Source: Anaeromyxobacter dehalogenans
GTDB lineage: Bacteria > UBP6 > JAFGXH01
Reading direction: 5' to 3'
Length of the DNA stretch: 36,207 nucleotides
NCBI GenBank assembly: GCA_020718465.1
Contig: DYRY01000001.1
Location: 7,614 to 43,820, forward strand
Part shown: piece after piece, positions 26,769 through 36,207 of the stretch
Layout: every line of letters begins with the position of its first letter
Position numbering within the stretch: position 1 is the stretch's first letter
The notes under the pieces: generated by a model
The model's input: the letters and a program-made list of their open reading frames with translations, nothing else
What the model was told of the DNA's origin: nothing
Databases searched by the model: none
Made by a program: the position numbers and the translations under genes

Positions 26769-29700
26769 TTAATGTGTATCAAGATACTCTTTTGCTTCAT
26801 GATTATTTGGATCAAATTCAAGAACTTTTTTGAATGCGCTTTTAGCTCTTAGAGCATCATTTGCAGCACCTCTTAGACGACCAATATTAAGGAATAGATC
26901 TATTTTCATTTGATTATCCTCAATTTTTGCTTGGTTTAGTTGAAGCATTTGGAAAACTTTAAGAGCTCCTTCTGAATCTCCCATCTCCATTAACATTGTT
27001 CCAAGCTCCATTTGACCTGGAATATATCCCATTTTTAAACGATTTGCTGTTTCATAACAAGAGATAGCTTTATCATAGTCAGAGGCATTTCGACAAGCTC
27101 TACCTAAATAAACCATATATACATGTCTATCTTCAAAATTTCGATCTGTTTTAAGATTATTAAAAAAATCATCAAAATAGTTAAAAAAATTAAAAGACTC
27201 TGTTGAATTTGAGTATAACTCTATCAACTCAAGCATAAGAGATTGATTCTCTCGATCATTATCAAAATCCTCCTCTTTAAATGGAATAACCATCTCTGGT
27301 TGTTTCAATTTATTAAGGTATAAATCAATTAATTCCTCTCTAAGTTTAACTTTTTTTTCTCCAGATGCTTTTTTTAACTCTACATTAAGAAGATTTACAT
27401 ACATGTTATAATCCCCTTTATTTTTTGCAATCTCTTTTAAACCACTTACAGCCTCCATTGAGTCTGGTTTATACTCAAATGCCTTATTATAACATTTAAT
27501 TGATAAATCCTCTTTTCCAAAATTATGATATGCAATAACCCCCATTTTTACAAAAACAGAGGCCTTTAACTCATTTGATTCAATCTCTGGAATACGATTT
27601 TTAATAAAATCAAAATAGCCTTTAAGATTATCATTTGCAACATATATTTTTTCAGCATAAAAAAGATACTCTCCATTTTCAGAGTTATTTTGGATTAAAT
27701 CTTTTATTAATTCAAGAGCCTCTGATGGTTGATTAAGTTGTTCCATAAAAATTTTAACTTTTTTAAAAATTATCTCACTCAATTTACTATCTTCAACAAA
27801 CTCAATTTTTTCATCTAAAAGAGCAATCAATTCACTCCAATTTTTTTGAGCAAATAGAATTTGTTCTCTAACATCAAGAATCTGCTTATTGTAAGGATCA
27901 TGCTCTCTAATAAAAGAGACACACTCTTGAGCTCTCTCTATCTGATTTAGATGTTGAGCATATATTGTTGCAAGTTGTACCTGAATATCAATCTGTTCAT
28001 CTTTTGATGTTGCTCTTTTAAATTTAGATAAGTAAAGTGTTGCAACTTTATCATAATTAGCTAAATCTTTATAGCACTCAAGAAGTATTAACTCTGTTTG
28101 TGCCGTTTCAGGTGAATTTTCATAGGATATTTCAGCAATTTTTACAGCTCTTTCTAGAAGCTCTTTTTTATCTTTTTGATGTTTAAAAAGTTTTAAGTAG
28201 TAGTAAGCAGTACGATTTAAATGATAAACCTCATTAGGATAGAGTTTTAAAAAATCCTCTAAAACAGGTATAATTGCCTCAAAATTATCTTCACTTTTAT
28301 AATATTCAAAAAGTTTTCCAAGAATAGCCTCCTCTGAATGATTTAACTCTCTTGCTTTTTCAAAACACTCAACTCCACCATCAATATCACCTAAATGATC
28401 ATAAAGCAGATATCCCTGTTTTTGATAAACTTCAAAAAGAGTGTTTGAATCTTTAATAAGTGATATTAATTTTGTATAAACTCCTCTTAGTTTATCATAC
28501 TCACCATACTCATTATACATAGATTCAAGTTTATTTAAAGCCTCAATATGTTGAGGATTTTTCTCTAAAATAACAAGAAAATATTTTTCTGCTTGTTGAA
28601 AATTTCCCATATATTTATGTGAAATATCACCCATCAAAAGATATACATCTATTGATTTTTCATCACCCTTTAAAGCTACAAGAAGTGTTTGATAAATCTG
28701 GATTAATTTATCAAAATCATTAGTCATTTCTGCATAATTTACACCAATCTGAAGAATCTCGCCATCACCCTTTGATAATAAAAGAGCCTCTCCATATTTT
28801 TTCATTCCACGCTCAATCTCTGAAACATCAAAAAACTGTTTCATCTCATCTTTCATTAAATCAAGTTTTAGAGCATCCTCAACACCCTGCATATTTATAA
28901 TGAGGCTGTATATGGAATCAAGTTCATCATACCTACTTGAATCAATATAAACAGGTTTTAATATCTCTAAAATTTTTAGTTTTAACTCAAGTTGATCAAC
29001 TTTTAGAAAATCATTGAGTTTTAATAGAAATTTAGTTGCTCTATCCTCAAGAGGATCCCATTCTAATATCTCTCCAAGTAAAGATATTGCATGTTCAAAA
29101 TCTCTAAATTTTTCAACTAAAAATTTTGAAACCTCTAATTTTAATAAAAGAAGTTCACCTTGGTCATCAAGAAGATCTATTTTTCTATAATAAAGCTCTC
29201 TCATTTTTTCAAATGATTTTATATTATTAAGGGATGAGATATATTTATCTAAAATCTCAATGTTTTGTTCATCTAACTCATAAGCTGATGACAAGAAGTT
29301 AGTTGATTTTTCGGGTTCATTTAGTTTAGTTTTATAGATCTCAGATAATTTTATATAGAGGTCAATTTTTAAATCAATATCTGAAAAATCCACTTTTTCA
29401 AGATAGTTTTCAAAAATCTCTGTTGCTCTTCTATAGTTTTTTGTCTCCTCAATTAACTCCTCTATTGTTAATAAAATCTCTCTTTCTTGAGTAAAAATAA
29501 AAATTTTATCATAATATGTGATTGCATCTTCATAATTTTTACTCTGTTCATGATAGATTTCAGCTATTTTAAGAAGTATTGGAACCTGTTTTGAATCTGA
29601 AAGTGTTTTAAGCCATTTTTCATGGATAGAGATAAGATTGCTCCATCTCTCTTTAATAGAGTATAGTTGTTCAAGTGCATCATAAATATGAGGCAATATA

Positions 29701-32462
29701 TCACTATTTGAAATAAATTGCTCAAGATAAGTTATTAACTCATCCTCACTAAATTTTGCTTTTATTAAAAAGGTAAACATTTTAGAGGCTCTATCAAATC
29801 TCTCAACTTTTTCAAGATAGATTTTTCCCATTTTAAACATAAGTGGAATAAGGGCAATTTTATTGCCTTCATTTTTAAGAAATTCAAATTTCTCCTCTAA
29901 AATAGAGATTAATCTATCATAATTCTCAAGTGATTCATAAATTGTTTCAAGATTTGAGAGAACTTTTAATCTATTTTCTGTTGAATCAATAATCTGTTCA
30001 TATAGTTCTGCTCCATACTCAATATTTTTAAGATATTTAAACTGAATATCAGCAGCTGCCTCAATATATTGTGGTTCAGAAGTAATCTCAATAACTCTTT
30101 TATAAAAATTTGCTAACTCTTCCCATTTTTGAAGTTCATTAAGATATGAAATTAGTGTATCTTGATGCTCCTCTTGATTATATGAGTCCAAATCATAAAG
30201 TTTATATAAAAATGGTAAAGCTTTCTCTTTATTTTTAAATTGCTCAAGAGCAATATCTCTTAATCTATATAGAGTTTCAACTTTTTCATCCTCAATCTCC
30301 TCTTTTAATTTAAGAATATTAAAAAGTTGAGAATATTTATCCAGAGTTGTATAAATTTCATCTAAAAATTGAAGAGTATCCTTATTATAAGAATCAATTT
30401 CAATAACTTTTGCAAAATATATCTCAGATTCAATATAATTTGAAAATTGAAATAGCATTCTACCTAAATCAAAAAGAACAATTTTATAGAGTTTATTCTC
30501 TTTTGTTAATGATATTACTATTTTTTTCAAAGATTCAATAAGACGTTCCTCAAAACCCATTGATTCAACATACTCTTTTAGTTCATTATAAATATCAATA
30601 TTTGGGTTTAGTTGAATAGAGGCAATAAAGTAGTCATATGCTTTTCCTGTTTCACTACTTCTATCAAGATAAATTTTAGCAACTTTATAACATAGAAGAG
30701 ATTGTTCCTCTTTTGAAGTAACAGTTTTGATTCTCATTTGATTTAGTTTTATTTGATAGGGGATGTTATCTGTTGACTCAAAAAGTGAATCAAGATAGTT
30801 ATATATATCTTCACTATATTTTTTCTCTTGAATGAATTTAAAAAGAAGTTTTATTGCATCTTCATGCTCTGGATTCATATCAAGAATTAATGTGAGTTTT
30901 TGATAGGCCTCCTCATATCTCTCAAATTTTGAAGAGAGAATCTCAGCAAGTTGATACTCAATTTTCTCACTCTCATCTTGGTCAATAATAAACTCTTTGT
31001 AGTTTTCAAGAAAAGAGATAAGTTCTTCATGCTTATTGAGTTCTTCATATAAAACTCTTACTCTTTGAACTATATCTTGATTTTCAACATACCCATACTC
31101 TGTTAAAAATTCAAGGTAGTATTTTATTGCCTCTTCATAATTTTGAAGTTTTTGGTCAAAAATATATGCACGTTTTTTATCATACCCTTCAACATCATCA
31201 ACATACTCTCTCATTTTTCCAATAAGAACTAAAAGAGAACTCCAATCTTGAGATTGTTCATATAGTTTTTCAAGCTCGAAATAGAATGTTGTCTCTTCTG
31301 GTGTTAATGATATCATCTTTTGATATAGCTCAATTGCTTGTGGTAGTTGAAATAGTCTCTCTTGATAGATAAATGCTGCCTCTTTTAAAACATCTATTTT
31401 TGAGGAGATATCTTCAATATAATTGGCCTGTTTTAGATATGTGAGAACAAGCTCATTGTAATTCTCCTCCTCGTTTAAAATCTCCACCAAATATTGAAAT
31501 GCCTCTTCATAGTAAAAATCACCACCTTTTACATACTCTAGAAGATACTTTTTAGCCAATTTTGAGTCTCCCAAAATTGTGTATGATATTGTACCAATTT
31601 TGTAAGATAAAAATGTTTTTTTATTTGAGTTTGGATATATTGAAACTAATGTTTTAACAATAATTTGGTGTGAATTTAATTGATCAGCATACTGCTCTAG
31701 CTTTTCAAAATAGTCATCTCTATTTTGGTCTAATTGATAACCAAAAAGAAGAGTATTGAATATCTGTTCATCTCTTTCTGGAAAACTATTCTCTAGAAGC
31801 TCTATCTTATATTCTATTATAGTTTTTAATTCATCACTTTTTTCATCTTTTTTATATAGAGATGTAAGAGCATCAAAAAGTAAAAGTAATTTCTCCCACT
31901 CTCCTATTTTTCTATAAATTGGTTCTAATATCGTTAGTAGTTCAATATCACTCTGTTTCTTGTTAAATATAAAATCTAATAGATTAAGTGATTCTGAATG
32001 CATCTGATCAATATCTAATGCACTATCAAGATATTCAGCAGCACTTTTAAAATTACTTTCTTGAAGAGATAGTGAAGCTAATTCATAATAAAATGAAAGC
32101 TTCTGATCATCTTCAACTTTTGGTAAAACAGATTGATAAACATCTATTAATATATTAAAAGATGATACACTTCTACAAAGTGATTCAAAATATTTAAAAT
32201 GCTGGAGTGTAAATGGTTCATAAGAGATTAAAGACTTTAACTCACCTATAGCCTTATCTGTTTGCATAAGCATTTCATCATAGATAAGTGCCTTTTTTAG
32301 AGTATACTTACTAATAAGAGAGCCATCATCTATCTTCTCTGTAAAAATCTGATAAATGTTGAGAAGTTCCTCCCAATTTTCAGAAGTAGAATATTCAACT
32401 TCTAATTTTTCCAGTAATGATAGATTCTCTGGTTGTTCTAAAAACTGATCTCTCAACTCCAT
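26769..32462 (-). CDS. Giant (1897 aa) cytoplasmic TPR/alpha-solenoid protein, AgmK-like architecture
   Basis: Recurring A...Y...L..DP....A...LE.LY....W..L...L units throughout; no signal peptide; AGGAG RBS. Confidence 0.88.
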   Translation of the reverse strand: MELRDQFLEQPENLSLLEKLEVEYSTSENWEELLNIYQIFTEKIDDGSLISKYTLKKALIYDEMLMQTDKAIGELKSLISYEPFTLQHFKYFESLCRSVSSFNILIDVYQSVLPKVEDDQKLSFYYELASLSLQESNFKSAAEYLDSALDIDQMHSESLNLLDFIFNKKQSDIELLTILEPIYRKIGEWEKLLLLFDALTSLYKKDEKSDELKTIIEYKIELLENSFPERDEQIFNTLLFGYQLDQNRDDYFEKLEQYADQLNSHQIIVKTLVSIYPNSNKKTFLSYKIGTISYTILGDSKLAKKYLLEYVKGGDFYYEEAFQYLVEILNEEENYNELVLTYLKQANYIEDISSKIDVLKEAAFIYQERLFQLPQAIELYQKMISLTPEETTFYFELEKLYEQSQDWSSLLVLIGKMREYVDDVEGYDKKRAYIFDQKLQNYEEAIKYYLEFLTEYGYVENQDIVQRVRVLYEELNKHEELISFLENYKEFIIDQDESEKIEYQLAEILSSKFERYEEAYQKLTLILDMNPEHEDAIKLLFKFIQEKKYSEDIYNYLDSLFESTDNIPYQIKLNQMRIKTVTSKEEQSLLCYKVAKIYLDRSSETGKAYDYFIASIQLNPNIDIYNELKEYVESMGFEERLIESLKKIVISLTKENKLYKIVLFDLGRMLFQFSNYIESEIYFAKVIEIDSYNKDTLQFLDEIYTTLDKYSQLFNILKLKEEIEDEKVETLYRLRDIALEQFKNKEKALPFLYKLYDLDSYNQEEHQDTLISYLNELQKWEELANFYKRVIEITSEPQYIEAAADIQFKYLKNIEYGAELYEQIIDSTENRLKVLSNLETIYESLENYDRLISILEEKFEFLKNEGNKIALIPLMFKMGKIYLEKVERFDRASKMFTFLIKAKFSEDELITYLEQFISNSDILPHIYDALEQLYSIKERWSNLISIHEKWLKTLSDSKQVPILLKIAEIYHEQSKNYEDAITYYDKIFIFTQEREILLTIEELIEETKNYRRATEIFENYLEKVDFSDIDLKIDLYIKLSEIYKTKLNEPEKSTNFLSSAYELDEQNIEILDKYISSLNNIKSFEKMRELYYRKIDLLDDQGELLLLKLEVSKFLVEKFRDFEHAISLLGEILEWDPLEDRATKFLLKLNDFLKVDQLELKLKILEILKPVYIDSSRYDELDSIYSLIINMQGVEDALKLDLMKDEMKQFFDVSEIERGMKKYGEALLLSKGDGEILQIGVNYAEMTNDFDKLIQIYQTLLVALKGDEKSIDVYLLMGDISHKYMGNFQQAEKYFLVILEKNPQHIEALNKLESMYNEYGEYDKLRGVYTKLISLIKDSNTLFEVYQKQGYLLYDHLGDIDGGVECFEKARELNHSEEAILGKLFEYYKSEDNFEAIIPVLEDFLKLYPNEVYHLNRTAYYYLKLFKHQKDKKELLERAVKIAEISYENSPETAQTELILLECYKDLANYDKVATLYLSKFKRATSKDEQIDIQVQLATIYAQHLNQIERAQECVSFIREHDPYNKQILDVREQILFAQKNWSELIALLDEKIEFVEDSKLSEIIFKKVKIFMEQLNQPSEALELIKDLIQNNSENGEYLFYAEKIYVANDNLKGYFDFIKNRIPEIESNELKASVFVKMGVIAYHNFGKEDLSIKCYNKAFEYKPDSMEAVSGLKEIAKNKGDYNMYVNLLNVELKKASGEKKVKLREELIDLYLNKLKQPEMVIPFKEEDFDNDRENQSLMLELIELYSNSTESFNFFNYFDDFFNNLKTDRNFEDRHVYMVYLGRACRNASDYDKAISCYETANRLKMGYIPGQMELGTMLMEMGDSEGALKVFQMLQLNQAKIEDNQMKIDLFLNIGRLRGAANDALRAKSAFKKVLEFDPNNHEAKEYLDTH

Positions 32463-32645
32463 ACTTCAACTCCTACAATTTAAAAAACTAGAAATACTTT
32501 ATCATGACTATTTTGTCATTGTAAAGAAATTATTAAAATAATTTAAAAAATCTTTATTTTAGATTTTTTCTATTTTTCACAATAATAAAATATAACTCAC
32601 TATTATTTAAAAGAATAATAAAATAGAGAATAGATTCACAAATAA

Positions 32646-32674
32646 TTGACAAATTTATTAAAAGAATGTAAATT
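32646..32674 (+). promoter_or_regulatory. Putative sigma70 promoter of the MMPL-bactofilin unit
   Basis: TTGACA-N17-TAAATT. Confidence 0.62.
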
Positions 32675-32700
32675 ATCTCTTACTCTTTTTAGAGGATTAT

Positions 32701-35340
32701 ATGTTTTTTATAAGAAAGTTGGTATCTTTAAGAATATACATATTTATCTTTTCACTTCTTTTTGTTGCCTATCTTGGTTATAGAGCTATTTTTATTAATA
32801 TAGATTTTTCAACAAGATCACTCTATTTATCTGATGATCCTGAACTTGATTTTCTTGCAGCCCATCAAAAAATTTTTGGAAATGATGATGGATTAATTAT
32901 TTTAGCACTTAAAAGTGAAAAAATATTCACACCTGCTTTTATAAAAATGGTTGATGAACTAACAAACTCAATCTCTAATATAACAATCAAAAGAGAGAAA
33001 CTAAAAGTTGATACAGATAAGAAGGAGCAATCAAGACTTAAAGGTTTTGATAACTCTTCAGAAAAAAATAGTAAAACTTTAATGAATAGTGAAAAAAATG
33101 AAATAAACTCTGATTCTGAAGAGATTATTGATGAAGATATTATTAATGATTCAGAAAAAATAGATATTTCTGATAAAAAATCAGATAAATCAGAGGAACA
33201 AAATGGTAATATTGATAAAAATGTTATTAATATTCAATTTGATCCATACAAAGCCCCTATTGGCTCTTTAATAAAACCTGTTGAGTATGTTATCTCAATT
33301 ACAAACACTCAACATATTTATGGAAAAAACACAGATGATGAAAATATTGTTGACCTAATTATTGAGCCTTTTATCTCTCAAAATGAGCTTAATAGCTTTA
33401 GAATAGATGACTATTCAGAGTTAGCTCAGTTAAAAAAGAGTGTTTTAGAAAGTAATCTTCTAAAAAAACAGCTTATATCTGAAGATGGTAAAACAACTGC
33501 AATTGTATTAAAAATTGATAATATATTAACAACAGAGGGAGAACGAAGAGGGGTTATAGTAAAAGTTATGGAGATTTTTAATAATTATAAAAAAAATAAT
33601 CCAGAACTTTTTAAAAATCTAAATGTTCAATATGGTTTTAGTGGAATTCCTATTGTTCAGGGGGAGTATAGTCGACTTATTAGTAGTGATCTATTTTTCT
33701 TCTTTTTTCTATCTGCTTTTGTTATGGGGGTTGTTCTTCTGTATCTCTTTAAAAAACCACATGGAATCTTTTTGCCCCTCACAATTGTTTCACTGGCTGC
33801 TATTGCAACTTTTGGTATTATGTCTATGAGTGGTGAGAGTCTTAATATTGTGAATAATATTATCCCAACTCTTATTCTTGTTATTGGATTATCAGATACA
33901 ATTCATATTCTTCATAGATACCATTTTGAGATAAATGAGAGTGGATTAGAGAAGCAAAAAGCAATAGAGATAACATTTTTTGACCTTTTTAAGGCATGTT
34001 TTATAACTAGTTTTACAACTGCTATTGGTTTTTTCTCCCTTCTCTCTGCAAAAATAGATATTATTAAACGGCTTGGGTTTTATTCTGGAGTTGGAATTCT
34101 TTTAGCATTTATTTTTATTATTTTACTACTTCCTGGAGCACTCTATTTTCTTAAAAAACCAGTTTTTAAAAAAAGAAAAGAGGGAATCGATATATCTGGA
34201 TTACTTCTTAAAATTCATGAGTTTAATATTAAACATCCATGGAAAAATCTTATTGTTGCAACATTAATCCTTTTGATTGCAATCTATTTTATAACAAAAA
34301 TGGATATTAACACACATATGCTTGAGGAGTTAAAAGAGGATAATCCTATTCGTCAAGGAATTCTATTTGTTGAAAAAAATATGACTGGTGTTTTACCAAT
34401 TGAGATATCAATTGAATCCAAAAGTGGTGAAAAAAACTCAATTTTAAGAAGTGATGTTCTTAAAGCAATGGATGAACTGAAAAAAGAGCTTAGAAAAAAT
34501 AGCTCAATTGGGTTCATTGTAACAATATCAGATTATATAAAAGAGAGTTATTGGGCTGCAAATGGCTCAACAGATAACTATTTTGTTATTCCAGATAGTA
34601 AAGAGTTAATATTAAACTACTATGGAAGACTAAAAGATTCTGAAAAAGGGGAGAGAGATATTGGAAATATAGTTTCCTCTAACGGAGATAAATTAAAGTT
34701 ATCATTTGCCCAAAGTGATGTTGGATTAAATCAATTTTTTATTACAATTGATAAATTGAAAAAAGATATTGATAAACTATTTCCAAAAGATATTAATGTA
34801 AAAATTACAGGTGGAACTTTTGTTGCATATAGAGCTCTTGATAATATTATTCGTGATATGATACTATCATTGGGACTTGCTTTTATTTTTATTGCAGCAA
34901 CAATGATTATAATGCTTCGCTCTTTTAAATTGGGTCTTTTGAGTATGATTCCAAACATTATTCCAATTCTGCTTACAATGGGAGTTATGGGTGCTTTTGG
35001 TATTATTGTTAGAACATCTACTGTTTTGATATTCTCAATTGCACTTGGAATTGCAGTTGATGACTCAATACATTTTTTAGCGAGATATAAAATAGAGGCA
35101 GAGAAGCATAAAAATAGTAAAGATACTCTTAAGTATACAATGTTAGGAACAGGAAAGGCAATTATATTTACAACTGTTTTAATAACTATTGGAGTTATGG
35201 TTTTGCTTTTTTCCGATTTTATTGCAATAGTTCACTACTCTATATTAACTATGGTTGTTATGGTGGCAGCTCTTTTGGGAGTTTTATTTGTTCTACCACC
35301 ACTATTAGCAATAATTAACCCATTAAAACTGAAAAAATAG
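32701..35340 (+). CDS. MMPL/RND-family (HAE3/HpnN-like) transporter
   Basis: Two 1+5 TM repeats; GLSDTIHILHRY, TSFTTAIGF, GIAVDDSIHFLARY and TGKAI.FTT. Confidence 0.92.
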   Translation: MFFIRKLVSLRIYIFIFSLLFVAYLGYRAIFINIDFSTRSLYLSDDPELDFLAAHQKIFGNDDGLIILALKSEKIFTPAFIKMVDELTNSISNITIKREKLKVDTDKKEQSRLKGFDNSSEKNSKTLMNSEKNEINSDSEEIIDEDIINDSEKIDISDKKSDKSEEQNGNIDKNVINIQFDPYKAPIGSLIKPVEYVISITNTQHIYGKNTDDENIVDLIIEPFISQNELNSFRIDDYSELAQLKKSVLESNLLKKQLISEDGKTTAIVLKIDNILTTEGERRGVIVKVMEIFNNYKKNNPELFKNLNVQYGFSGIPIVQGEYSRLISSDLFFFFFLSAFVMGVVLLYLFKKPHGIFLPLTIVSLAAIATFGIMSMSGESLNIVNNIIPTLILVIGLSDTIHILHRYHFEINESGLEKQKAIEITFFDLFKACFITSFTTAIGFFSLLSAKIDIIKRLGFYSGVGILLAFIFIILLLPGALYFLKKPVFKKRKEGIDISGLLLKIHEFNIKHPWKNLIVATLILLIAIYFITKMDINTHMLEELKEDNPIRQGILFVEKNMTGVLPIEISIESKSGEKNSILRSDVLKAMDELKKELRKNSSIGFIVTISDYIKESYWAANGSTDNYFVIPDSKELILNYYGRLKDSEKGERDIGNIVSSNGDKLKLSFAQSDVGLNQFFITIDKLKKDIDKLFPKDINVKITGGTFVAYRALDNIIRDMILSLGLAFIFIAATMIIMLRSFKLGLLSMIPNIIPILLTMGVMGAFGIIVRTSTVLIFSIALGIAVDDSIHFLARYKIEAEKHKNSKDTLKYTMLGTGKAIIFTTVLITIGVMVLLFSDFIAIVHYSILTMVVMVAALLGVLFVLPPLLAIINPLKLKK

Positions 35341-35348
35341 AGGATATT

Positions 35349-36207
35349 ATGAGTGATTTTAGTGTTATAGATTATTCAACAGCTATATATGGCTCAATAT
35401 CTGGTAATGAGCCAATTGTTATTTTTGGTAGAGTTGAGGGTGATATTAATTTATCAAATATATTGGTTATTGAGGAATCTGGAGTTGTGAAAGCAACAGT
35501 TGAGGCAAAAACCCTTGTTTTAAAAGGAATTTTTATTGGTGAGATATATGTTGATGGTGTTATTGAGATCTCTGAAAAAGCTATATTCATAGGAAAACTA
35601 AAATGTAACACACTCTCTATTGCTGATGGTGCAAAAATAAAAGCAGATATTGAGATTTTTATGAATCGCAAACCCATTAAAGAGAAAAAAAATGAACAAA
35701 AAGCTATTGAAAAGAAAAATAAGTTGTTTTTAGATGAAATCAAAAAAATAGAAACAATAAACACAGATGATTCTGTTGTTTTTTTAGAAGAAAAAACTTT
35801 AACTGAAAACTCTACTGTTTATTTAGAAGAAAAAAAAGAGAAAGATTCTGTTATTTTATTAGAAGAAAAAACTTTAATACCTGATGTTAACAAATCAGAA
35901 ATAATAAAAGATAACAATCCACAACCAACAAAAAATGAAAAATCAGATAAAAACAAAGTTAAATCTAAAAGTGAACAAAAAATAAAGGCACAAAATAGTC
36001 TAAAAATGGATAACTCTCTTTTTGATGAGTATAAAAATTGGCTAAAAAATAGTGAAACTAAAACAGTAAATAGTTTACAAAAAGAGAATAATGAAACTAA
36101 AGTTGATGAGCTCAAAGAAGAGACTGTTTTTAATGAAAGTAAAGTTGATGAGCTCAAAGAAGAGACTGTTTTTGATGAAAGTAAAGTTGATGAACTCAAA
36201 GAAGAGA
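35349..36207 (+). CDS. Bactofilin (polymer-forming cytoskeletal protein), BacP-like, with a long repetitive C-terminal tail; 3' partial; not in the ORF track
   Basis: GAGGA RBS; MSDFSVIDYSTAIYGSISGNEPIVIFGRVEGDINLSNILVIEESGVVKATVEAKTLVLKGIFIGEIYVDGVIEISEKAIFIGKLKCNTLSIADGAKIKADI. The frame stays open to the end of the window. Confidence 0.9.
   Translation, partial: MSDFSVIDYSTAIYGSISGNEPIVIFGRVEGDINLSNILVIEESGVVKATVEAKTLVLKGIFIGEIYVDGVIEISEKAIFIGKLKCNTLSIADGAKIKADIEIFMNRKPIKEKKNEQKAIEKKNKLFLDEIKKIETINTDDSVVFLEEKTLTENSTVYLEEKKEKDSVILLEEKTLIPDVNKSEIIKDNNPQPTKNEKSDKNKVKSKSEQKIKAQNSLKMDNSLFDEYKNWLKNSETKTVNSLQKENNETKVDELKEETVFNESKVDELKEETVFDESKVDELKEE
36090..36207 (+). repeat. 42-bp coding tandem repeat, at least 2.8 copies, encoding (N/D)E(T/S)KVDELKEETVF; truncated by the window end
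   Basis: Units start at 36090, 36132 and 36174 with no spacers. Confidence 0.92.

Noticed and set aside
702-34958. Other short nested track ORFs (702, 2534, 3775, 8810, 13973, 14098, 17644, 18706, 21372, 24632, 24825, 33623, 34731)
   Set aside because: They overlap better-supported genes and show no recognisable motifs.
35372-36199. Track ORFs 35372..35764 and 35819..36199 on the minus strand
   Set aside because: Antisense shadows of the + strand bactofilin, which the track missed because it runs off the window.
36090-36207. 42-bp repeats as a CRISPR array
   Set aside because: The units are contiguous, in frame and have no spacers; there are no cas genes.

Overview
Very AT-rich (by eye about 26-29% GC), gene-dense bacterial chromosomal segment using the standard code (TGA is a stop). 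It holds about 30 CDS, one tRNA-Asn(GTT), a bidirectional terminator and several sigma70-type promoters. I see no mobile element, prophage or CRISPR array. Recognisable housekeeping genes are rsmI, a CheY-like receiver, add, cdd, an acyl-CoA dehydrogenase, a YfbK-type vWA lipoprotein, a CbrA-like flavoprotein and an MMPL/RND transporter. They are mixed with genes I associate, from recall, with Myxococcota or related predatory deltaproteobacteria: a BacP-like bactofilin, a 1897-aa TPR protein, a DUF4398 + TSP3-OmpA pair and an ArsA-like ATPase next to an SCP2-like protein. That is unexpected at such low GC. Two genes are missing from the ORF track: the bactofilin at 35349 to the window end, and a small interrupted ORF at 6472-6739 with a FlgM-like motif. 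The best leads are a probable two-domain peptidoglycan hydrolase (divergent SLT-like + NlpC/P60), a four-gene outer-membrane module (17193-21306), and a dispersed lipid uptake/trafficking set. All family assignments come from motif recognition by eye; no database searches were run.
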